DNA of 63,422 nucleotides, counting the filler, from Licmophora abbreviata (taxonomy: Eukaryota), in NCBI GenBank assembly GCA_900291995.1. It is 7 parts of 7 records of this genome, joined end to end, with 100 filler letters (N's around TTAATTAATTAA, not from the genome) between each part and the next. Parts side by side here need not be neighbours in the genome. Positions count along the whole stretch, not along the records: positions 10,397 to 31,261 come from OLMU01000129.1; 6 more parts are not named here. One strand, written 5' to 3'. Shown here piece by piece: positions 12,156 through 24,554 of the stretch. Position 1 is the first letter of the stretch; each line of letters opens with the position of its first letter. The notes under the pieces were generated by a model, which saw only the letters and a program-made list of their open reading frames with translations, searched no databases and was not told the origin of the DNA. The position numbers were made by a program, and so were the translations under genes.

Positions 12156-12165
12156 TTTGGCGCGC
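12156..12165 (+). promoter_or_regulatory. TTTGGCGCGC (E2F-like) motif upstream of NOP16
   Basis: Exact 10-mer about 140 bp upstream of the NOP16 ATG. Confidence 0.5.
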
Positions 12166-12304
12166 TTTGGGAAGACGCCGACAAAAGCACACACCGTCCG
12201 CACACAAATGCAACGAAGCAATTCGATGGCGAGCTTAAGGCCTCTCATAGAAAAGATCGAACCGGAATCGATTTGGGAATTGTAAAACCCAAGCTTTTAG
12301 GGGT

Positions 12305-12935
12305 ATGGTTCGTGTTGGAAAAGACAAGAAGAGGCGCTCAGGCCGAACGGGTCGCACAAAGTTGAAGGTACGTGGCGTCATAGGAAAGAGAAAGTGTCGC
12401 GATCGCCGGCACACATTTGTCATCCAGAGATCTGTTCTCACGTCTACTCTCTCTCTCTGTCTCTCTCTCCTATAGAATCGCAGTTATCGTCGATGGAACC
12501 CAACGCCAGCATTCACAGACCCAATCATAAAGCAACAGTGGGATCCTTCCAAATCGCCAGCAGCGAACTTGCAGCAGATGGGTCTTTTGGCCAAACCGAA
12601 CTCCTTCAGTCAGGATATGGATACTGCCTCACATACTTCGCAGGAAACGATAACGAGAAATCCCTCAGTGATTGCATTGTACGACGTCCCCGAATCGGAT
12701 GCTCCTAAACGGAAGCGACCTCAGTCGGAGGAGGACCAAAAGTACATTGGCAAGTGTTTGAAAAAGCATGGCGACGACTTACACTTCTATGTTTCGAGAC
12801 ATGAAATCGAATCGAATGCAATATACAGAAACTCAGCTTCGAAAGATGGCGAGTCGATTCCTGTTGTTGGAACCAGAGCAGCGAGTGGTCGAGGTACCCG
12901 ACAGTGTGAAGCACTTGGTAGTACAATCGTCGTGA
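12305..12935 (+). CDS. NOP16: Nucleolar protein 16; exons 12305-12367, 12476-12935 with one +1 frameshift at ~12779
   Basis: MVRVGKDKKRRSGRTGRTKLK|NRSY..IKQQWDPSKSPAANLQQMGL; removing one T restores KHGDDYTSMFRDMKSNRMQYTETQLRK, the Nop16 C-terminal motif. Confidence 0.8.
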
Positions 12936-13539
12936 TCGTCTTGGAGGGGCTTCCATAGAAATCTGCAAGTAAATGATTACGCAAAGCTACGATTGATTTC
13001 AGAACAGAGCAGAGAATGGGATGAGAAACGTCGGAGGATTTTGGATTCAGGAACAAAGGCAGACCAGATGTAGCTAGCTGCTGCTCCGGTGTCACTCGAC
13101 CGGTGGAGCCTGGGTAGTGCGAGTATGCCTCTTGGCAGCCTACCTGCCCGTACAAACACAGCTGGACAGCAACTAGCAAGTATTTTACGTACCACTTTTG
13201 ATAATCATGCTTGAGTTTGAGGAGGTGTTCGAACGCGAACAATCGCCTGAATTGTCGGGTGATGAACGAGAAGCCTTGCGAGGTCTTGCGAGGTCTTCAA
13301 AGCTCGCGGACTTCTAAGAGCGGCGCGCCACAATTTTCTACAAAGGAATCAGTATTCTGCTACGTACAGAAACTTTGTACCACTGGTACGTGAAAACCCA
13401 TTCCGACCCTCGATTTTTTGCAGACCCTCTTTTTGACATCACATCCGAAGGCGCAATGGAGGTGTAAACCCTTGAGCGGCGTTATTGCTCGAGAGTCTCG
13501 TCGTTATTGTCGGAACTGATCTCACGCGTACATATCACG

Positions 13540-15344
13540 ATGAATGTGTCTCGTATCATGTGTCGGAAGTCCGTGTCGGTAAGCTATTTCCTGTCCTTTC
13601 GGTCGTTTTGAGTTTTTGGCCCCGTATCTTGTTGCCTTTTCTTCCTGTCCATGATTCGGGTATGATACGCTTTTCGACCGAATGGAGTCCCCTGTATGGA
13701 ATTTTGAGGTGGATTCTATCTGGATTAATTTACTCTGATGACGAGCGATGCATCTATTGAGACGGACTTGCAACCTTTAGCTCACGTCTGACGACTTCCC
13801 TCTCTGATTCTTGTGTCCATTCCAGATGATGTTGATGCCATCGCGGACGATGGCTGCGGGGAGGATACTTCGGGTTTCCGCGGGCTACCACCAGCAGTCA
13901 GAAGATGGCGGTGCGTCTTATTCTTCGTGGAAGCAGCATGCTGCAGCAGCAATGGCGCTGGCCAGCGGCGTCCTCGGAGGTGCAGCAACGGTGGCGCTCT
14001 GCGATAAGTCGTCCAGCAGCAACGGCCTGAAGGATCCCATGACCTCGTATGCTCGACGAGCGGCATCTTTCGAGGTAGAAGACCATGACGATATTCCGAA
14101 GGACCCCGTAACTTCATATGCCATTGATGCCATGAAGCGGGAAATGACCTTGGAACAGGAACAAGAGGACTCGCAACAGACGGTTGGAGAACTCGCTACG
14201 AGCCCCGCCGATGCAATTGCGGCGACTCCCCCCCAAACGATGACGCAGGAAGAAGTCCGTATCGAGGAAGCAACTCGAAAGGCTAAACAGCACTCTGGTG
14301 GGCTAAAGGTCTTCAGTGGAAACGGGAATATGGCCTTGGCCATGGAAATCGCCAAGTTCCTTGGTCTCCACCTAGGAAAGGCAACCGTTGGCCGCTTCGC
14401 CGATGGCGAAGTCAATGTCCAGATTCATGAGAATGTTCGTGGCAAAGATGTTTACATTGTCCAGTCCACATGTCCGCCTGTAAACGATAATCTCATGGAA
14501 CTCCTTCTCATGGTGTCCTGTCTCAACCGCGCCAGTGCGCGGAGGATTACGGTCGTCATTCCCTACTACGGATACGCTCGACAGGACCGAAAGATGCAGG
14601 TACGTGCAAGGCTATAAGTGACGAGTTCGTGTCATTACTACTCTGAAATACCGCGCTCTAACGCTCCAAATCTTCTCATATTAGGCTCGCGTTCCCATCT
14701 CCGCTGCTGATGTGGCTCGACTTTTGGAGGCCATGGGCATCGACCGCGTTATCGCAGTCGACTTGCACTGTGGTCAGATCCAGGGATTCTTCGGTCCTCG
14801 TGTCCCTGTCGACAATCTTGATGGCGGCATTGTCGGGCTCGATTACTTTGGTGACAAGGATCTCCACAATCCAGTCATTGTCAGTCCTGACGCTGGCGGA
14901 GTGTATCGTGCCAAGAAGTTCAAGGAAGGTCTAGAACACAAGTACGAAATGAATGATATTGGCTTGGCCATGATTATCAAGCAGCGAGCCAGAGCTGGCT
15001 CGGTAGATCAGATGGACCTTGTAGGTGATGTGAAGGATTGCGATTGCATCGTTGTCGATGATATGATTGATACGGCTGGAACCTTATGCAAGGCAGCAGA
15101 TGTCTTGATTGCCAACGGCGCCAGGCGCGTCTTTGCGTTTGCAAGTCATGGCCTTTTGAGCGGACCTGGTAATGATCGCCTTGCCAACTCAAAGATGGAA
15201 GAAATCGTCATTTTGAATACCATCCCTACGAGCCCGCAGCGGGAATCCAACGAGAAATTGACGGAGCTCAGTGTTGCTCCCCTTCTTGGACAGGCTATCT
15301 TCAACATTCACGCCAAGAAGAGCGTGTCGGCGCTCTTCAAGTAG
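13540..15344 (+). CDS. PRPS: Ribose-phosphate pyrophosphokinase (PRPP synthetase) with long N-terminal presequence; exons 13540-13578 (inferred), 13826-14599, 14685-15344
   Basis: [62 protein letters not shown] introns in phase 0. Confidence 0.92.
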
Positions 15345-15843
15345 TGGTTTTCAGCTCTTTTTGCTGTACAGGAGTGGCGCTGATGTCTTTGTTTGTTGGG
15401 GAGAACGGACTGCTATTCAGCGCGTCGCATCTGTGAGCTATAGTTGACATGCAATCTGTTTGGATGTATTGCCTACCTCGTTATAGACAATGGAAAGTAA
15501 TGGAACATGCCAAAGCAATCGAGTAGTAAGCCCATCGGACGAGCTACCGATGACAGAATAGGAGGGGACTGGGCTCCTGCTAGACTACAGTGCAACACAT
15601 CGTTGCAAGTATACTCGTACTTGGGATGTGCGGAGGTCTTACAAATCTAGCTGTGGTAGAGCGGCGTGCCGCGCTAATTTGCCGCGCAGGTCCGACGAGA
15701 TGTCACAAACTCACAAACTCGCCTCTAGCTTGGATCTCACTAGCTTGGATCTCACTTGTGGCTGGTTGGTTGATCACATGGCCAACGTAAACTGACTCAC
15801 TCTCTGCAGCCAAAACTGAAAATAACAACTCCCGGCGATCACT

Positions 15844-17330
15844 ATGCGCCTCTCGTTGATTCTGATCGTTGTCGTCTCGGTCTTGGTCCAACAGACACAC
15901 TCTTTCGTACCGACCGCCAGTCTCAAGGAGGGTGTCAACACACAACTCTCGACGACACTCGGTTCGGGCGGGGAAGAAGATCCAACACAGTCGAGAAGGG
16001 AACTGATTCAGTGGAGTGGGGCTGCCTTATCTGCGTACGTTTTGGGTGGCCAGTCTGTTCTTTCCTCGGGCGCCGAAGGGCCAAAGAACATTGTCATTAC
16101 GGGATGTAGTTCCGGTATCGGGTTTCAGGCCGCTCTACGTCTAGCAAATGCTGGACACAACTTGATTCTTCCGTGCCGAACGTACGATAAGTCTAGAACT
16201 ACGATTGATCGATTGCAGTCTGAGATGTCTCCGAGCGGAGGAGGTCTAGTTGCTGCGGAGTGCAACCTAGCCAGCAAGAAATCCATCTCTGCGTTCGCTA
16301 AGGAGCTCCCCAAACTGCTGCCGGAAGGCCAACTCCTAGATACCGTATGCTTGAACGCGGGTTTGGCGAGGAACACCGAGGCGAAAGATGTGCAGCGAAC
16401 TGATGAAGGCTTTGAACTGACCGGTAAGTTTATTCCTTAATTTGTGTCTGGGGGGATTACATTGAAAAGCACAGAATGTCTCTGATCTCTTACATTCTGA
16501 ACTGACGCGACCATACTCTCTTCATAGTCGGAACAAACCATTTCGGTCATTTTTACTTGAATCATCTCTTGCTCCCGAAGCTTCAGCCTAATGGAGGACG
16601 AATTGTAGTGACGGCGAGTGGCGTGCACGACCCTGCATCCCCTGGGGGTGCACAAGGGGTACCGGCAACACTGGGCAATTTGGAGGGGCTTGAGCGAGAC
16701 GGAAAGAAATTTGACATGGTGGATGGAAGTGAATTCAATGCTGATAAGGCATACAAGGATAGCAAGGTGAGAAGAGCCAAGAATAAGTGTTGAAGTTGTA
16801 GAAAAAGGGAGAGTCGCCCATTTTTCTAACAGGTTACAATGTTCCTCGCAGCTCTGTAATGTGTTGTTCACACGGGAGCTACAGCGCCGTCTCGATTCGT
16901 CCCCTGCTACAAACAAGATCTCCGTCAACTGCTTTAACCCAGGTCTAATAGTCAGCACGGGACTGTTCCGCGACCAGAATCCTTTGTTTACGAAGGTACG
17001 AGCTACTTGAGACTTTGCCCAGCGACCATGTGTAAGCATACTAACCCACTTTCCCAAACGTCGATTTGCCATTAGGCTTTTGATTTTGCGGCTACGGGGT
17101 TGTTCAAGGTAGGAGAGACACCAGAGTGGGGTGGCGCCGCGTTAGCCTTCATGACGAGTGTTGATACAAAAGGTATGTACTACTCGTCGCCGCCAGGATC
17201 GAGCAAGTACGGTGAAGCGGCGTTCGGTAAGCAGTTCCAGATATCCGATGTAAGCATCGAAGCTCAAGATGATACAAAGGCAGGACGACTATGGAATTTG
17301 AGTGAGAAGCTCTTAGACATTGCGACTTAA
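15844..17330 (+). CDS. Protochlorophyllide reductase-like short-chain dehydrogenase, plastid-targeted; exons 15844-16423, 16528-16766, 16852-16995, 17076-17330
   Basis: ITGCSSGIG, CLNAG, TDEGFELTVGTNHFGHF, AYKDSKLCN, PGLIVSTGLFR; signal peptide THS-FVP. Confidence 0.85.
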
Positions 17331-17350
17331 AACAGTTGGCTAGGACAGTG

Positions 17351-18943
17351 TTAGACGCTACGTCGCTGATCCAGTTCAGCCTTGTGGCGACTTGCGAATG
17401 CCTTGCGTAGCTCTTGTTCGACCTTTTTTTCGTCAAGCGTCTCCATTTGTGCCATTTTGCTTTGAAGCAAAATAACACTTGTGTCGTAGGAGCTTTCCTT
17501 GTAACGGGTAGGTCGCAGGTGCTGAGCTCCTTCCACATATCCATGCTCACGAGATGGAAGCACAACATGCATCCGACACGTTTGACTACCTGTCATGCGT
17601 CGAAAGGACGTGCCGGCGAATCCCTTCGCCACTGCCATGCCCGTCCCCGACTCGGATCCAGTCGGAACGACTACGACGAAAGTGAGCGATTTCGATCTCT
17701 TATTCGCCGTTTCGATATTGTAATCGATCCTCTCCACCATTTCCGTCATGAGGCCCGGCGAAAACGGGGGGTTCGCTTCGAAGCATCCTTCTGTCAGAGA
17801 CATTTCCATGAAATCGCCAACCGATCCAAAGTGCCAGTCAAGATCAGGAAACGCGGAGGCAAAATTTCCCAAGTACGCGTTCAGCGGTGATGCAAAACAC
17901 TCCATCTGAGGGAACCGGAACTCTGACTGTAACACACGGAATACGGCAGGATGAATAGCGCCTTGCATGCCACCACCGCGAAGGTCCGCTAGTAGCTGCC
18001 CACCTGACATTGACGAGTATCGCAGCAAGAGTGCCATGACAAGAACGTGAAACGCGCGCGTTGCTCTGCCCTTCTCTGAGTCCAGCGAGAACTCGGGGTG
18101 TATCCGAGAGAACATTTCTTTCAGTTTTATGTAATGAGACCTGTTGAATCTTACCTCGTATGGACTCTCCCAGCCGGGTCGAAGATACCTTAGTGAAATA
18201 TATGCACTGTGGCTTGACGGCTGTTCCAACTCAATTCGATCTCTTTTTCGCAGCGGATTTGAGCTGCTGAAACTTGACAAGGACGCAAGTTCCTTAGTTG
18301 CATCCATCGCTTGTCGGCACAAATCCTTCACAACCCCTTCAGCCAACCGCAGCTCCATTTCGCGCGTTTCCAATACCTCTTTGATCAGTCGCTGTGATGC
18401 TGGAGAGGCGACGCTAGGCTCGCACGGAATTACGGGATCCGGAGCGGGCCCTGTCTGCCGTATAGCTGTCACTTGCCTTCGTTCTTCGCACTTTGAGTCG
18501 ATCCACCATCTCTCAAAGGCAGGCATACGAAGCCCGGGGAATCTCTCTAGCAAGAAAGAAGACAGCTTTTGAGCGTGAAAGTGACGGGAAATCTCGACAT
18601 GGAGACTCGGAAGAAGTCCATTGGAATAGGATCCACTTTGTACAAATGTCCGGAACGCTTCAGTCCAAGCTTTCTGAGATAATGACTTGACCGGTTCTTC
18701 AGAGGGGTCCCACAGTGAGTCGGAATTAACCTTGTCCTCCCCCCGGTAACGCTTCTTGCCGACTTGCCGCGTACTGGTTGCGTCGGATGCTTGGACCGGC
18801 GACGCAGGGTTTTGCATTCCCTCGAGCTCCGCCAAACAATCCTCCATGGAGTCTTGACCCAAACCTGCCGCATCTCCGACGATGTTGCACTGCAGGGCGA
18901 CATACTCTGCTTGCCGACGCTTCTTGCCCTTGTTCTTGCCCAT
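17351..18943 (-). CDS. PCIF1: PCIF1/CAPAM-like cap-adjacent adenosine N6-methyltransferase domain protein
   Basis: LLLRY, GMQGA, ECFASPLN, FGSVGDF, catalytic EANPPF, LTFVVVVP, HGYVEGAQH. Confidence 0.85.
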   Translation of the reverse strand: MGKNKGKKRRQAEYVALQCNIVGDAAGLGQDSMEDCLAELEGMQNPASPVQASDATSTRQVGKKRYRGEDKVNSDSLWDPSEEPVKSLSQKAWTEAFRTFVQSGSYSNGLLPSLHVEISRHFHAQKLSSFLLERFPGLRMPAFERWWIDSKCEERRQVTAIRQTGPAPDPVIPCEPSVASPASQRLIKEVLETREMELRLAEGVVKDLCRQAMDATKELASLSSFSSSNPLRKRDRIELEQPSSHSAYISLRYLRPGWESPYEVRFNRSHYIKLKEMFSRIHPEFSLDSEKGRATRAFHVLVMALLLRYSSMSGGQLLADLRGGGMQGAIHPAVFRVLQSEFRFPQMECFASPLNAYLGNFASAFPDLDWHFGSVGDFMEMSLTEGCFEANPPFSPGLMTEMVERIDYNIETANKRSKSLTFVVVVPTGSESGTGMAVAKGFAGTSFRRMTGSQTCRMHVVLPSREHGYVEGAQHLRPTRYKESSYDTSVILLQSKMAQMETLDEKKVEQELRKAFASRHKAELDQRRSV

Positions 18944-19495
18944 GGTCGAACTCAGATTCTGTCATGGTGTCGCCATGTCGCGATGCGGTGTCTGTCCGGA
19001 TGTCCGGTCTATCTTTTGATCCAATCCGTCGAGTTACCAGTTACTTGACCCGGTATACGTAAGTTCTGGTAGCAATTCTACGGTAGCTCGCGACGCCACA
19101 CTTTTTGTGAGGCACGCACAATCTGCAGGTAAGAGTGTTGCGACGATGGCGCCTGGACGGTGTTTGAAATGGATGCTTTGACATGCGGTGGGGACGATAA
19201 GGAGAGCCATGCGATAAAGAAGCAGTGGAGCGCATGTGTTGATGGGATCCAGTCGAGGAGAGACGAAGTTAACGTCGATGGTCGGCCGTGCTTTGTCGGG
19301 TGTCTCTTGTCGGCGGGACGACAGACGACGGTACGGCGCGACAAGACGAGGTTGAAAATGAGGGCAGTAGCATGAGGCGAACGGAGGGAGTTACTGCGCT
19401 AGGATCAAACTTGAAGTGGAAGGCTTGTAATCCTGATCTGTCTGAAAGGCCTCTCACCCGGTTTTGTTTTTCTACTGACAGATTTAGATTTCATC

Positions 19496-19936
19496 ATGCC
19501 GACTCGTTTGCACAAAGCCCGCAAAAAGAGAGGCCACGTACAGTGTGGTCACGGTCGTATTGGGAAGCACCGTAAGCATCCAGGTGGTCGTGGTAATGCC
19601 GGTGGACAGCACCACCACCGCATTTTGATGGATAAGTACCATCCTGGTTACTTCGGAAAGGTTGGTATGCGTCACTTTCACGTGCTGAAGAACCGAACGT
19701 TTACTCCTACGTTGAACATTGACAAACTTTTCAATGTCGCTGGCGAGGGTGTGTACGAAGCTGCCAAGAGTGGAGGTGGAAAGGCCCCCGTCATTGATTT
19801 GGTATCGTTGGGCTACTTCAAGCTGTTGGGAAATGGACAAATCACTGTCCCTGTTATCGTCAAGGCGAAATACTTTTCCAAACTAGCAGAAAGGAAAATC
19901 AAGGAAGCGGGTGGTGCATGCTTGCTTGCTGCTTAG
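19496..19936 (+). CDS. RPL27A: 60S ribosomal protein L27a (uL15)
   Basis: [42 protein letters not shown]...[12 protein letters not shown]. Confidence 0.98.
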   Translation: MPTRLHKARKKRGHVQCGHGRIGKHRKHPGGRGNAGGQHHHRILMDKYHPGYFGKVGMRHFHVLKNRTFTPTLNIDKLFNVAGEGVYEAAKSGGGKAPVIDLVSLGYFKLLGNGQITVPVIVKAKYFSKLAERKIKEAGGACLLAA

Positions 19937-20385
19937 ATTGAACTGTCTTATAGCGAGAATAAAGCGAACAGTCACCTGTGTAGTCGTCATTGTGTATCTC
20001 TCTTAAGTCGACTTACCGGGTTGGATAACACTGAATCACGTGTGGGCTCTCCGCACTGCTTATTGTCGAGCGTTTCATAGTAAAGCATCGGTGCAGCTTC
20101 GCGCTTATTGGTCAACAGACTTCATGGAAAACTGAAACTAACCCTGTTACCATATCTAATAAAGCAGGATGAGGCTGTTAGTGCAGGTTGGATCGTCCCG
20201 TCACCATTTTTTCCATCTTTGCGTACGGAAGCCTACCAGCGACGACTGGATGACGTAGGCAGGTTTGTGTTTGGTTCCCGCAAAATTTCGTCTCCGTTTT
20301 GTCAACAAGACCCTTCGACGACGGCGTCATTCGTACACGACGTCGCTGTTTTGGTCAATCTCACTTTTGTTTCTAGTTCCACACG

Positions 20386-21732
20386 ATGAGCAGCGACCCC
20401 ACTACTTCAGGAGACTCCAAACCTGCTTCGGCAGACGGTAAATCTTCCATTGAGGCTGAATTGGAAGAGCTGCGTCGGCAACAGCTGTCCAAGAGCAATG
20501 CACAGCGCCTCGGTACGTGGACGGGTCATTTGGCCGTGTCAGTCTGGTGAACCACCCGCTTGTCTCGCAAACACTTTGCTGTGCTCTAGTTTTCGCACTT
20601 TCTTCTTCTTGTGTCTAAAAAGCTGTGCTAATCTTTTTTCTCTCTAATGACAGATTCTGCCCCGGTGGCCCCGATCAACTTACAGGATTGGCAGTTGCAG
20701 CAGAAAGCTTTGAAAGATAAGGATCGGATGAGTAAAACTAATGCGGAGGCCATGCTTCACAACTATCGGGGACTCGACGAGGAAAAGAGCAAGCTATCGT
20801 CTATCAAACAGGAAGATCGCAAGGGCAAGGAGGATGCAGCACGTTTGCTCCATTGCTATCGTGCAGGGGTCGGCGACATGAAGACGCCGCCCAAGAACCC
20901 CCGAAAGACAGCTGATGGACTGCCTCCTGGTGCGGATGCAATTGGTAATGATGGTATGGAGGGTGTATCCGTATCGGATATGGCATCGAACTATGACCAG
21001 TCAGGGCAGGCGGGTGCTGAGATAGCACAAGGAGCTGCTACTGGTGGTGCGCTCGCCAATCCCCCATCACTTATTGCCGAGGAGCCGAAAGATCCAAACT
21101 CTCCTGGAGGTTCCTCTGATTCTGGAATTATGGTACAATCACCAGAACAGCAGATGAGCTCGCTGTCGGCTAACGCTGTCAACACATCCACTGAAGGCTG
21201 GGTAGCTGTCGAGACGACGGACGCACCGGAGGAAGAGGTTTCCCAAGCCGCCGAACTCGTTGTTCAGCAGTCGAGCACAGAAGTCCCAATACAAGGAACA
21301 GGGTCCAATGCTTCAGTTCCGGTTGAATCGACTGGGACTACTGTGGAAACTGTTTCGCCTCATTTCGTGGAATCGACTCCAACCGAACCGAAGCACGTTC
21401 GACTCGACGTGGAATTCACGTTTGTGCTCCTGTTTAGTGACTTTATCCCAAACGTGGACAAGTATATGGCGGCTACTGCGGAGATTGTGTCTGGCGTTCC
21501 TTCGGTTGTGTTCAATCCTGCCTTTGCCCCGTTCGTCCGAGACGTGCAGGAAGACTCGTCCTTCAGAGCGCCACCGCGTCTTGCCGGCGCAAAGAAATGC
21601 GTGGTTAGAGCGACCGCCCCTGTCTTCGTCGTGTCAGGTTACGACATGGAGGTTCCACGCTCGGAAGTGTGGACTGCCCTTCGATCTGCCATTGAAGGCG
21701 GGTCTTTTCTGGAAATTGCAAAGCGACAGTGA
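20386..21732 (+). CDS. Uncharacterised protein; exons 20386-20512, 20654-21732
   Basis: Long ORF plus an upstream exon joined by a frame-consistent GTACGT...ACAG intron; N-terminal duplicated motif, low-complexity middle, globular-looking C-terminus. Confidence 0.7.
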
Positions 21733-22943
21733 AGACTCTGTCACGCCACGTCTGTCTGATATGGTGTGGAGCTTCCTTTGGCGACAATAGATTGATGATG
21801 ATAGCAAGCGCAAGTTTAGTGTAGTATGGGGTAGCAGGTAATGACTCGCCACGACGATGAATGATTGTGTCCCATTATTAAAAGAGGAACGATGATTAAT
21901 GCATCTGCTATAGCTAGTAGACCTGGGCGTTTATCGACAGTCGTTGCTCATACCGGTAGTATGAAGCTACATTGCTAACTAGCCATCTGGGTCATGCGAT
22001 GGTACCTGGTACTTCTGGACCCAAGCGAGTTACATGATTGACACCTCTCGATGCCTCAAAGCTTCAATGCAACGAAAAAGCTAATCCCCCCAAAACGGTG
22101 CGCAGACAAAATTGAGGCCCGGATCGGGATATTTTTACTCAATTCACTCACCCATTCTCAAACATTGCAGACAGATTTTACTCAACGCTCGAGCGAGCCA
22201 GCCAGCTGGTGTCAGAATTGCGAGCCGGGCAGTCTCATAATAGGTGATAAATTGTCCTCAGGGGCGAAGACATTTCCAATTATTTGAATCTCTCTTGAAC
22301 TCTACAGTTCCGGAATTCTGCGCGAGTTATTTTGCCTTGTCTGGACACACTCACCACCTCATTCCACGAGTTGAATGCCCATTCACACACACTCAACGCG
22401 CGACTGAAGCCCAATCAAATAGCTTCTCTGGTGAGTTCCCGTCCGGCCCAGCGTTGAGAGAGGTCTTTTGTTGCTTCCGATTGCCGTTGTTCGTCCTTGC
22501 CTTGTGGGAGCACCCAGCGACACGACTGTTGTAGGCTCTGGCAGTACTGCTCGTACGTATGAGTTCTTTTTTGATCCAAGATGACCTCGGCAGATCCATC
22601 ACATCAGCTTCTCTTGTGCTTGACCGATGACGGCCCTATTTTCGCGGCGCCAACCGATCAGAACTTGCTCCGGGACAGTCACTTGACGTCCATGTGACTG
22701 CACGTTGTCAGCTGAGCCTCCCTGGATTGATCGTAGAAAGCGGATATCGGTGTCAAGTTCATCGCAACGCGCCAAGAAAGGCGGGCTCATTTTTCTTGTC
22801 CCGTAGCCGGTCATACACTTTGTACGATGTACCACGTGCATGTAGCCTCTACTGGCTGGAAGATTGAAACACTTTTCCCGCCAAGGTCTGCTCATTCCAA
22901 ATCGATCTAACGCAATGCTTTCTTCTCTCCAATACGTCAGAAA

Positions 22944-24298
22944 ATGGACGACGATACCTTTCCCGCTAGCGATCCTACGGGTGAACTAGACTCCTTGGAG
23001 GAGCTCACAGACAAGAAGCCTAGCAAGAAGAAACGCGATGCATCGACCATGCGAAAGGCTCCACAGGCCCCAAAGCGCTTCAAGTCTAGCTACATTTGCT
23101 TCTTCATGGCAAAGCAACCTCAAATCAAGGAGGAGCTTGGTGACAATGTAACCGTAAGTTGTGCTTGATTGCAAACGGATTTCATCATTCACATATTCGT
23201 CAGTGTACCTCATCGTGCACTTCGTTTCATTATATTTGTGCCGACAGGTCACTGATGTCTCGAGGCGCTCCGCACAGATGTGGTAAGCTTCGCACTCCTT
23301 TCGTTTTCTGATTTTTACTTCGAATCATACCTCACCGCTTGATTCCGTTTGCGACAGGCGAAATCTTCCAGCTGAAGAGCGTGCACATTGGGACGACGTA
23401 GCTGCGAAAGACAAACAACGTTACATGGTGGAAAAGGCCTCATATACGGGCCCGTGGCAGGTACCTTGGAAGCGTGCCAAGAAGGTACGTTCTGCTCGGT
23501 TGAAAGGGTATGCTGTTGCGTGATACTCTTTGTCTCTACGCGGCGCTCACACGTGGCTCTGTTGTTGCTACTCTGTTCGTAGGACCCGACCGCCCCCAAG
23601 CGTCCCATGTCAGCCTTTCTCTACTTTTCGCAGGCCAAGCGCCGCGAAATCAAGAAGGAGAACCCAGAATTGAAAAACACCGAGATCTCTAGGAAGCTCG
23701 GTGAGATGTGGAGAGCCGCACCTTACGAAGAACGAGAACCCCATATCGTCAATGAAAGGGAAGAACGCGAAAAGTACAAGGAAGCCATGGCCAAGTGGCG
23801 GGTAGAGCAGGCGGAGAAGGAGGAGGCACAACGTAAGGCACAACTGGAACAGTTAGCCAATATGCCAGGTCCAGATCAGATGGGCCATCCCGACCAATCG
23901 CACGGACATCCCGATTATGGACATATGGACCCCAATATGATGCACGGCTGGGGGTATCCTCCTCCAGGATATGGACCACCTCCCACGGCGTATCCACCGT
24001 ACGGCATGTATGGTAAGTGCTTGATAGGCTGAGCTTGCAACGAAAATTTTTGTACACTTCTTCGCTAACAGCTTCTGTGAAATTTCTGTGTGCAGGGCAA
24101 TACCCGCCTCCGACTCATCCACCCTACCCAGTCACGAACAAACCCATGATGGTGCTGGGAGCGAACGGAGTACCGCTTTACCCAAACACGCAGTATCCCG
24201 CTGTATCGGCTCCCTCATCTTTCGAGGAGAACGAATCGGGCACGGCGCCGGGGCCTTACGGCTACGCGCAGCGCAGTAACATGCCCGAGACGGCGTAG
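22944..24298 (+). CDS. Two-box HMG-box protein; exons 22944-23153, 23248-23282, 23358-23484, 23583-24012, 24096-24298
   Basis: APKRFKSSYICF, DPTAPKRPMSAFLYF, EISRKLGEMW, EREKYKEAM; Pro/Tyr/Gly-rich tail. Confidence 0.9.
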
Positions 24299-24554
24299 CT
24301 CTTCATGCTTTATCGGGGCTCGATTGGGGATGCGAATTGTCTATCGGCATGCCTTCGGTCACCGGCTCTCAAGCTGGTGTTGTTTTGGAAGTATTGTATG
24401 GATATTGTGTTCTCTCGTTGTATTGTATCGACCAGTGCGGTTGTTGTGTGTGTACCTATCTCTGCTGCTAATAATGCGGCCGGACGAGGAAGGCTCTGTT
24501 TCAAATGTTTTTTTAGAGATTCTACTCATCATCATGTTAGTAGCACAAAATAAA

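Noticed and set aside
12787..13242. 151-aa minus-strand ORF overlapping the NOP16 3' end
   Set aside because: No recognisable motif or clear splice structure; partly antisense to NOP16
15703..15756. Short tandem duplications upstream of the POR-like gene (TCACAAAC x2, CTAGCTTGGATCTCA x2); also CTTGCGAGGT x2 near 13275
   Set aside because: Two-copy slippage duplications without spacers; not CRISPR-like and no evidence of function
22050..22940. Long region upstream of the HMG-box gene with several short ORFs
   Set aside because: No coding motifs; probably promoter and 5' UTR with introns, which cannot be resolved without transcripts
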